A DNA stretch of 64,000 bases from Promethearchaeota archaeon Loki_b32 (GTDB lineage: Archaea; Asgardarchaeota; Lokiarchaeia; Sigyniarchaeales; SOKP01). Where the stretch lies: NCBI GenBank assembly GCA_005223125.1, contig NJBH01000004.1, positions 127,401 through 191,400 of the forward strand, given 5' to 3'. The notes under the pieces were generated by a model. The model ran no database searches. It saw nothing but the letters and a program-made list of their open reading frames with translations, and had not been told where the DNA came from. Positions 22,541 to 33,725 of the stretch are shown here, piece by piece (position 1 is the first letter of the stretch; each line of letters starts with the position of its first letter). The translations under genes and the position numbers were made by a program.

Positions 22541-23287
22541 ATGATTTTAGGTATTTTTATTGGAGTAGTGCTCATTATTATTGCCATCTGGTTATTGACA
22601 GGGCTTAAAACTGCAACGGAATACAAACGTTTGGTAATTTTTCGTTTTGGAAGATATAAAAGAACTATTGGCCCTGGGATAATATTTGTGTTCCCATTTA
22701 TTGAAAAATCAATAGAGGTTGATATACGTATAAAGACGCTTGATATTGCGAAACAAGACATTATATCTAGAGATAATATCCCAGTTACTGCTGACACAAG
22801 CGTATTTTATAAAGTAATTAACCCACAATACGCTATAACTAAGATCGAAAACCCTACGAGAGCTGTATTTAATTATACCCAAGGTGCGTTAAGAGATGTT
22901 ATTGGTGGAATGGAGTTAGATGAAGTTTTAACTCAAAGAGAAAAGATTTCACAAGAGATACGCGCTGTAGTAGATGAAGAAACAAGAGAATGGGGAATTG
23001 AGATTACCCAAATCAAGATTCAACAAATCGAATTACCAGAAAATATGAAAAGAGCAATGGCAGTACAAGCTGAAAAGGAACGTGAAAAAAGAGCGACAAT
23101 AATTGCTTCCGAGGGAGAACTTGAGGCGGCAAAAAATATAGCAAAAGCTGCAGAATTATTATCTCAAAGCCCAGTTGCTATTCAGTTAAGGTCTTTACAA
23201 ACAATTCAAGATATTTCTCATGAACCATCTCAAAAAATAGTTATATTTATGCCGTCTGATATCGGAAATATACTAAAAAAATTATAA
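22541..23287 (+). CDS. SPFH/stomatin-like protein
   Basis: N-terminal TM, VIFRFGR, LRDVIG, RAMAVQAEKERE. Confidence 0.92.
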   Translation: MILGIFIGVVLIIIAIWLLTGLKTATEYKRLVIFRFGRYKRTIGPGIIFVFPFIEKSIEVDIRIKTLDIAKQDIISRDNIPVTADTSVFYKVINPQYAITKIENPTRAVFNYTQGALRDVIGGMELDEVLTQREKISQEIRAVVDEETREWGIEITQIKIQQIELPENMKRAMAVQAEKEREKRATIIASEGELEAAKNIAKAAELLSQSPVAIQLRSLQTIQDISHEPSQKIVIFMPSDIGNILKKL

Positions 23288-23380
23288 ATATAGAGAGAAT
23301 CGTCTAAATGAGCAATTAAAATTATAATTATTTATTTTTTTTTATTTTCACTTATTTTAGAATAATTGAGGGATAGATGA

Positions 23381-24256
23381 ATGAAAACAATTGCTAAGAA
23401 TTTGATGATTGGGTTTATTAAAGAATCTCAATCAAGAACTCGATATGAAATGTATGCAGAAATTGCAAAAAAAGAGAAATATACATTAATTTCTACCACT
23501 TTTAAAGAGTTGGCTAATCATGAAAAAGAAAATGCAAATTGGTTATATACAATGTTACAACAATTGAAAAAAGATGAGTTCTTTGAAGATATAATTGTAG
23601 AAATCAAATGTGCAACTACTTATGGAATAACAAAGGATAATTTAGAATCTTCTATTAAAGTTGAAGATGAAAAATGGCTCGAGTTATATCCAAATTTCGC
23701 TAATACAGCAGAAGTGGAAGGTTATTTAGAAATTGCAAAAAAAATAAGGAAAATTTCACAACTTAAAAGAAATAATTCTCAGAGATTAAAGATGTTTTTA
23801 AATTTAATTGTAAGTGATACTTATTTTAAAAAAAAAGCAATTATCTTTTGGAAATGCATGGCATGCGGATATGAAGTGGCTATTGATGATTTAGCTAATG
23901 ATTTTAGTTGTCCTTCATGTGGACATTTAAAATCATATTTCCAAAAAAAAACACTACAATTAATACCGGAAGAAAAGTCCTTAGAACAAAAAGCAAACAC
24001 TGGTTGGGTTTGCATGGAATGTGGATATGAAGTTAACCTACCAGAATTACCAGATGATTGGGAATGCTTTTCTTGCGGTCGTTCTAAAGCTTATTTTAAA
24101 AAAAAAGTTTTAAAACAAACAACATATAAAATTTCAACTATACAAACAGAAAAAGCACATTGGAAATGTTTGGAATGTGGAAATGAAGAAGAAATAGAAC
24201 TACCCGCAGGATGGAAATGTAGAAAATGTGGATATCCTGAAGATTTAAAATTATAG
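23381..24256 (+). CDS. rubrerythrin-like protein with three rubredoxin-type domains
   Basis: ESQSRTRY, YPNFA ferritin-like N-terminus; three WxCxxCG...CxxCG units. Confidence 0.82.
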   Translation: MKTIAKNLMIGFIKESQSRTRYEMYAEIAKKEKYTLISTTFKELANHEKENANWLYTMLQQLKKDEFFEDIIVEIKCATTYGITKDNLESSIKVEDEKWLELYPNFANTAEVEGYLEIAKKIRKISQLKRNNSQRLKMFLNLIVSDTYFKKKAIIFWKCMACGYEVAIDDLANDFSCPSCGHLKSYFQKKTLQLIPEEKSLEQKANTGWVCMECGYEVNLPELPDDWECFSCGRSKAYFKKKVLKQTTYKISTIQTEKAHWKCLECGNEEEIELPAGWKCRKCGYPEDLKL

Positions 24257-24278
24257 ATAAATCCTATTAGTAAAGAAT

Positions 24279-25142
24279 TTACTTTGAAAACCTTAATTGT
24301 ACGATTTTTGAAGTATTTAAACGCCTCATTAACTTTATCATTTTTTTTGTTCGATTATTCCAGGTTGGATTGATTTCCGTCCTCGTCCATAATGGAAACC
24401 AATCAACCACTTCGATCTTTTCGGACCAAAGAGGAAATAAATTCTCTGGATTCTTTACACTAAAATATACAGATTCCCCTTTACCGGCTTTTTTAGCTAG
24501 TTGATTAAATTTCCTTAAAGCGAGCTTAGAAATCGCATCAAAAATGATTTCAGCACCAGGAAATTTTAACATTATATTATTAAACAATTCTTTAAGATCC
24601 TCTTGTTTAAAGTAATATACAAATCCTCCAGCAATAAAGAAAATTCCATTTTTTCTAGACCATTCAATGTCATCAAACCAACTAAAATCAAGTACTGATT
24701 TACTAATACATTTATTCCTAGGACCCTCTGGGATAAGTTGATTGCGAAATTCAATCGCATTAGATAAATCTAAATCATACCACTTTATTTTGCCATTATC
24801 AACTCGAAAAAATGTAGTGTCTAGTCCAGCACCGAGATTGACTACGGTAGTGTAAGGATAATTTTCCATATATTTTAATAAAGCATTCTCAAACTTTTTA
24901 GCTCTTACTAAAAGTCCGAATAAACGAAATTCGTTCTTTCCAGTCAGGAATTCTTTAGCTTCTAAGAAGTTATGATCGACTTTTTCAATGATTTCAATTG
25001 CTTTCTCATCATTTAATAACTCTGGATATAATTTACTATAAGTAGCCCGTGCCCATAATGGTCCAAGCATCGTTTCTTGGATAGATCCTTTAGAAATAAA
25101 ATTTTCACTTGTTATTTTTGATTCTTTAGCCAATTTAAACAA
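24279..25142 (-). CDS. class I SAM-dependent methyltransferase (LCM/TcmP-like)
   Basis: QETMLGPLWARA, VVNLGAGLDT, WYDLDL. Confidence 0.9.
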   Translation of the reverse strand: MFKLAKESKITSENFISKGSIQETMLGPLWARATYSKLYPELLNDEKAIEIIEKVDHNFLEAKEFLTGKNEFRLFGLLVRAKKFENALLKYMENYPYTTVVNLGAGLDTTFFRVDNGKIKWYDLDLSNAIEFRNQLIPEGPRNKCISKSVLDFSWFDDIEWSRKNGIFFIAGGFVYYFKQEDLKELFNNIMLKFPGAEIIFDAISKLALRKFNQLAKKAGKGESVYFSVKNPENLFPLWSEKIEVVDWFPLWTRTEINPTWNNRTKKMIKLMRRLNTSKIVQLRFSK

Positions 25143-25220
25143 TTTGAAATTTATAATTTTACCTATAAATACTAAATATGTTCAAATATTTAAAACAAAA
25201 TTATAAAAAAGAAGACGCTT

Positions 25221-25534
25221 GAGATTTATACCCGCCCTTTTGTGCTAGAACTCGTCGCCAAGTTCAGCTGGAGCATCAAACTAAGCGGCCTACCTAAAGC
25301 TAGCTCCAAGTACATTAACGCTTTCATTTGGCCTTGCACCAAGGTATTAGCTCGTTCCAACCATTCCTTCCTACAATTTCTCTGGCTTATATCCAAGTCA
25401 TTAATATGTGTACGAAGGCAGTGTCGTTTCAGTTGCTAAATTACGGTTCTCACCGTAGTAGTTATCTACACCTTGCTTGGAGGGTGGGGCGAGGTTCCTC
25501 AGCGAGTCAAGCTCACCGTCAGCTCACCAATCTC
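25221..25534 (-). ncRNA. rnpB: archaeal RNase P RNA
   Basis: GC-rich island; minus strand has GAGGAACCUCGCCCCACC (CR-I), GCAACUGAAAC, GGUGCAAGGCC and ACAAAAGGGCGGGUAUA (CR-V); ends GAGAUU/AAUCUC pair as P1. Confidence 0.9.
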
Positions 25535-25618
25535 ACTCGTCTCTTTTTAAAAAAGTAAAATAACTATTTAAGTTTTTGTTCAAAATGAGAGATTTTATTA
25601 AAAAGTATAATAGAAATT

Positions 25619-26419
25619 TTATTTCTTTTCAATGTTAGATAAGGCATAAGATATTATATCACAATACTTTTGAAATCCTAATTTTCTGTATACTTTTTCG
25701 CCCAATGATGATGCTTCAAGCACCCCAATATAATATCCCATGCCACAAGCATCAATTAAAGCTGTTCTACTTATAGAGAGTCCAAATCCTTTAGCTCTAT
25801 ATTCAGGTAATGTTGATACAGCATGAAGTCCAGCTACTCCAGAAGAAAGATATAACATTAGTGTAGAGACCGATTTTCCTTCGAATCTACCTAAATAAAA
25901 GTAAACTTCGTCTTGTAAGTATAAAAATTTAAGAAGATCATAATCTACCCTTAAACCGAAGGCTTTTGAGACGACTTCAGACCATTGTGTTAACTTTTCT
26001 TCGCTATCTACTCTTTCAACGATTAAATCACTATTATCTATTGTTTTATCTATTACTTCTTTTAGCTCAACTGACATTCCAGCTTGTTGATAAACGTTAG
26101 AAAAACCACATTTCTCAAGAGTTTTACCCAAATTTTTAGGTCTTGTTAATGGTCCTACGGTCCACCCGTTAGGTGCTTTCCCCTCTTGAATTAACTTTTT
26201 AACCTCAATTATCTGTTTTTTAACATCTAAATTTTCGAAATTTGCTCTAAATATACCATCTGGCCAATCTGCTTTCTTGGCGAAAACCCAACTTATTTTA
26301 TCTTCTATTCGAGAATCGAAATTAGAATGTTTTGAAGATTTAGAATAAAAATCATCTAAGTTTTTTTCTATATACTGATTAATTGATTCTGGAGAAATTT
26401 CTTTTAAAATTTCTTTCAT
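25619..26419 (-). CDS. GNAT family N-acetyltransferase
   Basis: VSTLPEYRAKGFG, YRKLGF. Confidence 0.88.
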   Translation of the reverse strand: MKEILKEISPESINQYIEKNLDDFYSKSSKHSNFDSRIEDKISWVFAKKADWPDGIFRANFENLDVKKQIIEVKKLIQEGKAPNGWTVGPLTRPKNLGKTLEKCGFSNVYQQAGMSVELKEVIDKTIDNSDLIVERVDSEEKLTQWSEVVSKAFGLRVDYDLLKFLYLQDEVYFYLGRFEGKSVSTLMLYLSSGVAGLHAVSTLPEYRAKGFGLSISRTALIDACGMGYYIGVLEASSLGEKVYRKLGFQKYCDIISYALSNIEKK

Positions 26420-26450
26420 TTTTTCTTAAGAGTTAAAAACTATACTATTT

Positions 26451-27458
26451 TTATAAATGAAATTCCGTTCCTACTACCCCCATTACATGAGAGGAATGAC
26501 GATGCATAATTCTATTAAACTCAAAACCTATGCAATGCATACTACACGTTATTTCTGGGTTTAAATCTTCTATAAAGGAAACTACCTCTTCAATATTTTC
26601 ACTAGACTCCCGTTCCTTATGAAATCCACCAATAAGGGCATATATTTTATTTATTCCTGTTAATTTTTGATCATGTTTTACTATATTTATGATGCCCGTA
26701 TGACTGCATCCTGTAATTACAACTAATCCTTTATCTTTAATATTAATATATACTACAATCTCTTCTCTATATGTATGTTTTTCATATTCTGTTTTACTTG
26801 TTCCTAAATATAATCCCTTTGGAAGCTCAGTTTCATTAAATATTTCAATCTCACCACTCGTAATTATACCATTATATAATTTTTCGGGTTTTTTTGTTTC
26901 AATAATTTTTACATTGTTTTCAATTGCTCGATTGTAGACTATATTTCTATTAAGAGGGACTCTTCTTTAATATTGGATTTTCCCTTGTTTTTTTAATTTC
27001 TTCAATGAAGTACCAAAATCCTCAGAAGAAATTTCATTTCCTGATTCAGTTCTGGCGTAATAACCTTTTTTTAGACATAATGGGCTTAAATATATCTCAC
27101 TTCCTTCTTTCATTTCAGAAATAATTGGTATTAAAGCCCCATAGTGATCTAAATGTCCATGACTTATAACTAACTTTTCAATTTCATTCAATTTTATTTT
27201 AAATTGTTTAAAATTATTGATTACAGTCTGCATAAAGCCCGCGGTGTCAAATAAAATGATATGAGATGATTCTCCTTCAAATATTTTAATAGTCATTGCA
27301 ATTCCATGTTCACCAAGTGTCGCGAAAGAATCATGCCCTGGGTGTCTTACTTTCCCTTGTAATTTCTCGTTACTTGGCAAAGTCATACTTGTTCTATTAG
27401 ACGCTATTACTTTTACAATCAGTTCTCCACTTTCTATACTTCCAATATTCATTTTCAA
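26451..27458 (-). pseudogene. MBL-fold metallo-hydrolase pseudogene
   Basis: EHG, LFDTA, SHGHLDHYG; in-frame TAA at 26967-26969, frameshift near 26880, then GLVVITGCSH, GGFH, MHC. Confidence 0.8.
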
Positions 27459-27600
27459 TTTATTTTGATTCTTTGATTTTAATAGTTATGTTAATCCTCT
27501 TTAATTAATAAATTATTGATTCAAAATTTAGTAATTAAATATAAATACTCTTAAAACCAACTCCTTAAATAATATATGCTAAAATTAGGAGATTTTTTGA

Positions 27601-28974
27601 ATGGATAAGAATAAGATTTTAAGAAATTTAGAAAAAATTGTGGGCAAAGATTTTGTTTCAAATAAACCCGAAGATTTATACATCTACTCTCAGGATCCGG
27701 GAGCTTCACTATCTCGCCCGACTGATTTTGTCATAATGCCTAAAACTGTTGAAGAGTTACAAAATATCGTTAAATTGGCAAATGCAGAAAAAATTCCATT
27801 AGTTCCAATGGGTGGTGGATTGACACTTAGTGGACTAGTGATTCCCGTAAAAGGTGGCATTGTAGTTGATATGAAAAGAATGAATAAAATCATAGAAATT
27901 AATGAATATAGTAAATATGCCCTTATTGAAGCAGGAGTTACTACAGGACAGTTATTGTCATATCTAAATGAAAGTTATCCGAATTTACAACCTCCAGTAC
28001 CAGATGCTCCCCCCTCAGCTACAGTGGCTGGAAATGTACTAATTCATGGCTCAGGATATTTATCTCAAAAGTATGGTGATCATGGAGCCATGATAAATGG
28101 TTTAGAAGTTGTATTACCAAATGGAGATATCTGTAAACTCGGTTCTTGTTCAATATCCCCGTTTTGGTTTGCTCGAGGTCCTATTCCAGATTTAATTGGG
28201 TTATTTATTAGTTCTTTTGGTACTATGGGAATTATTTCAAAAGTTTCAATTCAATTATTTGATAAGCCTAAATTTAGGGAAGTTGTCTTTGGATTATTGA
28301 AAGATCCTAAAGATATCCCTAACATTCTCTTAAAAATTACTGAAACTGGATTAGCGGAAGATGTTATACTTGGAATGCAGGATAAACCGGATTGGATGAA
28401 GGGTTATGTATTTGTAATAGCTTATGTAACAGGTGAATCTCAAGAGGAAATTGATTCTCATATTAAAACTTTTAAACGAGTATATCGTAAAGCTAATGCC
28501 AGGTACATGAAAACTCCCGACAGGATTAGAAATGTATATTTAGAGAAGCCTATTTTTGCGGCAGCCGCGGCAGATTATAGAAAAGGTGGAGGTTTTGAAT
28601 ATGTAGGGGCAAATATGCCGTTAGAAAAAATTCCTGAAGCTTATAAAAGAGGTGCGGAAATCTCAAAAAAATATAGAATCGTACCAACATTAGGGTCAAG
28701 ATTAATTGGGGGAACTCATAATATTGTAATGTTTTTCTCTTATTCATTTAATCGAGCTGATACGAAAGATATGGAAAACGCCAGAAATGCTTTACATGAA
28801 ACTAATAAATTAGCGTTAGAATTAGGAGGGATTCCATGGAAAGCAGAATTAGCAGGACAGCAACTAATCCTTGAGAAAATGGATCCTAATTATAAAAAAT
28901 TATTTAATTCAATCAGAAACACTCTTGATCCAAATAGAATAATGAACCCAGGAAATTGGGAGGTGAATCAATAA
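27601..28974 (+). CDS. FAD-binding oxidoreductase (GlcD/D-lactate dehydrogenase-like)
   Basis: PMGGGLTLSG, GLEVVLPNG, GTMGII, LDPNRIMNPG. Confidence 0.9.
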   Translation: MDKNKILRNLEKIVGKDFVSNKPEDLYIYSQDPGASLSRPTDFVIMPKTVEELQNIVKLANAEKIPLVPMGGGLTLSGLVIPVKGGIVVDMKRMNKIIEINEYSKYALIEAGVTTGQLLSYLNESYPNLQPPVPDAPPSATVAGNVLIHGSGYLSQKYGDHGAMINGLEVVLPNGDICKLGSCSISPFWFARGPIPDLIGLFISSFGTMGIISKVSIQLFDKPKFREVVFGLLKDPKDIPNILLKITETGLAEDVILGMQDKPDWMKGYVFVIAYVTGESQEEIDSHIKTFKRVYRKANARYMKTPDRIRNVYLEKPIFAAAAADYRKGGGFEYVGANMPLEKIPEAYKRGAEISKKYRIVPTLGSRLIGGTHNIVMFFSYSFNRADTKDMENARNALHETNKLALELGGIPWKAELAGQQLILEKMDPNYKKLFNSIRNTLDPNRIMNPGNWEVNQ

Positions 28975-30143
28975 TTACTTTAAGTGAAAAACAGGATTGG
29001 AGAGATATTGTTCATAGATGTTTTCGTTGTGGTTATTGCAAATTCACTCTTGAATATTCTGATTTTAATTGCCCAAGTTATAAAAAATATCAATTTGAAA
29101 CTTATAGTACAGGTGGAAGATTGTGGCTTATTTACGGTATTATAAGTGGAGAAATTCAATGGAATGAAGGTATAGCAAACGTTATCTATGCATGCCCAAC
29201 ATGTGGTAATTGTACTGAAAATTGTAGATTTGAAAAATTTAACGATTTTCTTGTTGATATAATTGAAGTAGCCCGAGCTGAAGCTGTTAAAAATGGGTTT
29301 TGTCCTGAAAAACAGAAAGCATTATTAAAACGTACTGAAAATACTGAATATTATAATCCATATGGAGAAAAAAATTCAGATAATACAGAGTTAAAAAAGA
29401 AGTACAACTTACCAGGTAAAGCAGAATGGGTTTATTTTATAGGATGTACGTCTAATTATCGTCAGCAAAATTTAAGGGATGCAACATTAAGGTTTCTGAA
29501 AAAAGCAAAAATTGATTTTACATTGATTGATGAACATTGTTGTTGTAGCCCTATAATAAGAACGGGTCAAATTAAACCTGTAAACGATTTTATAAATTAT
29601 AACGTAGCCCAAATTAAAAATGCAGGAGCAACTAAAATTATTACTTCATGTGCTGGATGTTATCGTACTATAAAGAAAGACTGGTTAAAGTTTGGAGCTG
29701 ATTATGATTTTGAAGTATTCCATACTGTAGAATTAGTAAAACAGCTTTTAGATGAAGATCGATTAAAAATTAAATCTGAATATAAAAATACAGTAACTTA
29801 CCATGATCCTTGCCACTTAGGACGCCATGTGGGTATGTATGAGATCCCAAGAGAAGTGCATAATAAAATTCCTGGAATTAAATTAGTAGAGATGCGAAGA
29901 AATAGAGAAAATGCGTGGTGTTGTGGTGCTGGTGGAGGTGTAAAGATTGGTTATCCAGAGTGGTCAGTAGAAGTCTCACAAGAAAGATTGATAGAAGCAA
30001 AAGAGACAGGAGCCTCTGTAATATCTTCAATATGTCCATTCTGTAGAACGAACTTGTCAGATGCAAATGAAAAGTATAATATGGGTTTTGAAGTAATAGA
30101 TCTTATAGAGTTCTTAGATCAATTAGATATTGAAATCAATTAA
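28956..30143 (+). CDS. Fe-S oxidoreductase (GlcF/HdrD-like, CCG domains)
   Basis: CFRCGYC, CPTCGNC, YHDPCHLGR, CCGAGGG; overlaps upstream stop; true start probably near 28971. Confidence 0.9.
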   Translation: MGGESIITLSEKQDWRDIVHRCFRCGYCKFTLEYSDFNCPSYKKYQFETYSTGGRLWLIYGIISGEIQWNEGIANVIYACPTCGNCTENCRFEKFNDFLVDIIEVARAEAVKNGFCPEKQKALLKRTENTEYYNPYGEKNSDNTELKKKYNLPGKAEWVYFIGCTSNYRQQNLRDATLRFLKKAKIDFTLIDEHCCCSPIIRTGQIKPVNDFINYNVAQIKNAGATKIITSCAGCYRTIKKDWLKFGADYDFEVFHTVELVKQLLDEDRLKIKSEYKNTVTYHDPCHLGRHVGMYEIPREVHNKIPGIKLVEMRRNRENAWCCGAGGGVKIGYPEWSVEVSQERLIEAKETGASVISSICPFCRTNLSDANEKYNMGFEVIDLIEFLDQLDIEIN

Positions 30144-30162
30144 AAAAAAGAAATTTAAATTT

Positions 30163-31176
30163 TTAATAATTTAATTTTTCTCCAAGTGCCATACGCGCTA
30201 AATCACTTAACAAATAATTTTTTAATCCTTTTCTCTCTACTTTCGATCCCAAAACATCTTTACACATGGGACAATTATACACACATGCTTCAGCGCCATT
30301 GTTAATCATATCTTTAATATTTTTATTTTGAGTTGGTCGTACTAAATTACCTTTACCTAACCAACCAAAGGGTCCCCCACAACATAATGCATTTTCTCTA
30401 TCATATTCTCTTGCAACTCTCTCAACTCCTATTAACTCACATATTTTGTCAACCCATTTATCCGTTTCAGGAATAAATCTATTTGAGCAATTTCTTTGAT
30501 AAGCAATTTTCATATTGAGTTTATTTATTTCTGATTCGTGATCTTTTAAGTAATTATAGACATATTCAAAGAGATGAATTGGCTTGAACGGCACATCAAT
30601 ATTATTTCTTTGACAATATGAGGTCCACAATCCATAACATTCATCATGCCAACAAATAAATTCTTGTATTCCATGTTTTTTAATGTTTTCCATTACGATC
30701 GGAAGTCTTTCTCTTATTACTGAATCCCTAGCGACGTGGTGATACATTAAATTACAAAAAAAAGCACGACCACTTATATATTGCAGATTTTCAAACATTT
30801 GTCCTTTCATTTCTTCAGGATTCATTCTTGAAAAAGTGCACTTATGAAAAACTGGTTTATCGGGATCAATTTCCTTTATTCTTAAGTCATCAGGAGGTTC
30901 CATTTGCTTAATTATATTATCTATTAATTTTGGATCAATATTTAATGAATTATATTTTTCCTGTAATTCTGTTTTTAAATCAAATGGATGCGAATCATAT
31001 GGACAATATTCTTCACATGCGAAACAAGTGACACATTCTTTTAAAACGAATGAATCCTCTCCATTTATCATTTTTCCCATTTCAGTCCTAGCTGTCTCTT
31101 TATCAATATCTATCCATTGACACCGTGTCAAACAATCAATATTTTCACATTCAGAACAATGACTTTTATCAAACAT
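30163..31176 (-). CDS. (Fe-S)-binding CCG-domain protein
   Basis: CVTCFACEEYCP, CCGG, CPMC. Confidence 0.85.
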   Translation of the reverse strand: MFDKSHCSECENIDCLTRCQWIDIDKETARTEMGKMINGEDSFVLKECVTCFACEEYCPYDSHPFDLKTELQEKYNSLNIDPKLIDNIIKQMEPPDDLRIKEIDPDKPVFHKCTFSRMNPEEMKGQMFENLQYISGRAFFCNLMYHHVARDSVIRERLPIVMENIKKHGIQEFICWHDECYGLWTSYCQRNNIDVPFKPIHLFEYVYNYLKDHESEINKLNMKIAYQRNCSNRFIPETDKWVDKICELIGVERVAREYDRENALCCGGPFGWLGKGNLVRPTQNKNIKDMINNGAEACVYNCPMCKDVLGSKVERKGLKNYLLSDLARMALGEKLNY

Positions 31177-31437
31177 ATTTATATCAGTTTTGAGTTTTAA
31201 GATATAAAATTTTTAATAGAATAAAAATAAAATTGGTTATTTATTGTTAATTAACTAAAATGTAAGTAATCCAAATCCACCATTGAAAAAAGGAAAACCA
31301 CTTTAAGAATTTTCATTTCTGATTCCATGAGGTTCATTAGACGGAATTGTTTCAAAAAGGTTTTTTAGAAAATGACAGAAATAAATTTAAAATTAGTTAG
31401 AGAATTAAAAAAAATAAAAAATTGATTTATAACTTTA

Positions 31438-33564
31438 TTAAAATATTAGAAGTCCTGCTCCATTACCAAATAGCATTAAGAATCCAAGAAAGATGGAAGC
31501 TGTTAATGACATTACTACTAGTAATGTGTTGATACTTGGACCTGCAGTGTCTTTAAATGGATCTCCTACAGTATCTCCCGTAATGGAAGCCTTATGAGTT
31601 TCAGTACCTTTACCTCCAAGATTACCATCCTCAATCCATTTTTTTGCATTATCCCATGCTCCACCCGCATTAGACATCATAATTGCAAAGACAAAACCAG
31701 ATAAAATCGCACCTGTAAGGAATGATCCTAACGCTGCCACACCAAAAAGTATTCCAACTACAATTGGAATGACTATTGAAATAATGCTCGGTATTACTAA
31801 TTCTCTTAAAGAGCCCTTTGTTGCAATATCAATCGTTCTACTAAAATCGGCAGGTTCCTCACCAGTTAATATTTTTGGATTAGATTCAAATTGTCTTCGA
31901 ATCTCATCAACCATTTTACCAGCATTTCTCTGTACTGCACGAATTAATAACGCTGAAAATAATGCAGGCACAACAACCCCAATAAAAGCGCCTATTAATA
32001 CATTTAATGAAAGAAGATCCATGTATTCAATAGTCCCGGGATTAATATCATTAGCTTCTGTTGTAAATGAAAATAATAATGCAAGAACAGTCAAGTTTGC
32101 AGCTCCTATCGCAAATCCTTTAGTAATAGCTTTAGCAGTATTTCCGGCGGAATCTAAATGATCTGCTGTGCGTATTATATCATCTCCTAAATCTCCTTGT
32201 TCTGCAATAGCTCTTGCATTATCTACAATAGGTCCGTAAGCATCATTAGAAACAATAGTTCCTACTATCGCAAGCATTCCAACAGCAGCCATTGCAACCC
32301 CAAAAACACCACCTAATAGATAAGTAAATACCATAGCAAATATAATTCCAATAGCTGGTGGAACTACACTTAATAATCCATATGAAAAACCGCTCAATAT
32401 AACGACAGCATGCCCCTCTTGGGCGGCTTCCGCCATTTTTCTCGTAGGCTTTCTATCAGCTCTAGTAAAATAATCACTTGTAAAACCAAGTATAATACCA
32501 GCAAGAAGTCCTATAACAGCACATGCACATAATTTCCACAACATTGTTGCTTCTTCTCCATTTAATCCAATAACCATTATTAGAGTAAACAAAGCAGCCA
32601 AAGCTGCAAAAAATAATGTGGATAAATAAGTCCCCGTGTTTAAAGCTTTACCAGGATCATCAGATCCTTTCCATTTTATAAACAAAATACCAAGAAGCGA
32701 TGCCATTAAACCTACACCGCATAAAACCACGGGAAAGATAGTATACACGAATCTTCCATATTCTGTTAAAGTAATATCCCTAATCAGAGGTAATGTTGCA
32801 GCTAACATCATTGCTGCTATGATTGAAGCAACATAGGAGTCGAAAAGGTCACTTCCCATTCCTGCAATGTCCCCAACATTATCGCCAACATTGTCAGCGA
32901 TAGTTGCTGGATTTCGTGGATCATCTTCAGGGAGATTATATTCTGCCTTCCCTACTAAATCAGCACCAACATCTGCCGTTTTTGTAAATATGCCCCCACC
33001 GCACTTCATAAAGAGGGCCACGCTGCTTGCTCCAAAACTAAATCCCAGTACTATCATAGGATCAGGTATAATCCAATATAAAACTGAAACTCCGATTAAG
33101 GCAACTCCAACTACTGCAAGTCCCATAACAGAACCGCCAAAAAATGCTATATCAAATCCTTTTTTAGTACTAACAGTACATCCTTGAGCTGCTCGTGTAT
33201 TTGCCTTAATACCAACATACATTCCTAACCAACCTGCTAGCATAGATCCAACAGCACCAATTATATAAGCTATCATCTGTTCCCAATTCAAAACATCAGG
33301 AAATAACCTTGTGTATGTAGTACTATCTTCAAAAGGGGATGGTAAAAACAACATAGCGACTGCAAGAGCCGCAACAAAGAAACCTAGGACCTTGTATTGG
33401 ACTTTTATGTAAGTCTTCGCTCCTTCTTCAATGTAACCAGCAACTTCTTGCATTCTTTCATTACCAGGGTCTTCTTTTAAGACCAAGTATCTAAAGTACA
33501 TTGCCATAGCAATTGAGAGTATCCCTGCGATTAACGCAACAATTAAAATAAATGGCACATCCAT
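31438..33564 (-). CDS. hppA: membrane H+-translocating pyrophosphatase, K+-independent type
   Basis: GGGIFTKTADVGADLVGK, DNVGDNVGD, GNTAKAITKG, GDTVGDPFKD. Confidence 0.95.
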   Translation of the reverse strand: MDVPFILIVALIAGILSIAMAMYFRYLVLKEDPGNERMQEVAGYIEEGAKTYIKVQYKVLGFFVAALAVAMLFLPSPFEDSTTYTRLFPDVLNWEQMIAYIIGAVGSMLAGWLGMYVGIKANTRAAQGCTVSTKKGFDIAFFGGSVMGLAVVGVALIGVSVLYWIIPDPMIVLGFSFGASSVALFMKCGGGIFTKTADVGADLVGKAEYNLPEDDPRNPATIADNVGDNVGDIAGMGSDLFDSYVASIIAAMMLAATLPLIRDITLTEYGRFVYTIFPVVLCGVGLMASLLGILFIKWKGSDDPGKALNTGTYLSTLFFAALAALFTLIMVIGLNGEEATMLWKLCACAVIGLLAGIILGFTSDYFTRADRKPTRKMAEAAQEGHAVVILSGFSYGLLSVVPPAIGIIFAMVFTYLLGGVFGVAMAAVGMLAIVGTIVSNDAYGPIVDNARAIAEQGDLGDDIIRTADHLDSAGNTAKAITKGFAIGAANLTVLALLFSFTTEANDINPGTIEYMDLLSLNVLIGAFIGVVVPALFSALLIRAVQRNAGKMVDEIRRQFESNPKILTGEEPADFSRTIDIATKGSLRELVIPSIISIVIPIVVGILFGVAALGSFLTGAILSGFVFAIMMSNAGGAWDNAKKWIEDGNLGGKGTETHKASITGDTVGDPFKDTAGPSINTLLVVMSLTASIFLGFLMLFGNGAGLLIF

Positions 33565-33725
33565 AATTTTTCACTTAATTGTTAATTTTTTTTTTAGAGT
33601 TTGTGTAAATCAAATATACAATAATATCACTCAAAATTTCTTAAATCATTAAAATATTTTGAATTTTAAAGTAATATTTAATTCAATCGCAGATTAGATT
33701 ATAAAAAAGAAACTGCATAACAAAG

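Noticed and set aside
25242-25558. Short + strand ORFs 25242-25439 and 25328-25558
   Set aside because: Antisense to the RNase P RNA; spurious
26940-26980. Hairpin around the stop in the MBL hydrolase as a further intron
   Set aside because: No 4-bp central helix; excision does not restore the frame; a second lesion lies downstream
31310-31380. Possible structured RNA (ATTCC ATGA...GA CGGAAT) downstream of hppA
   Set aside because: Upper stem too short for a SECIS and no selenoprotein nearby
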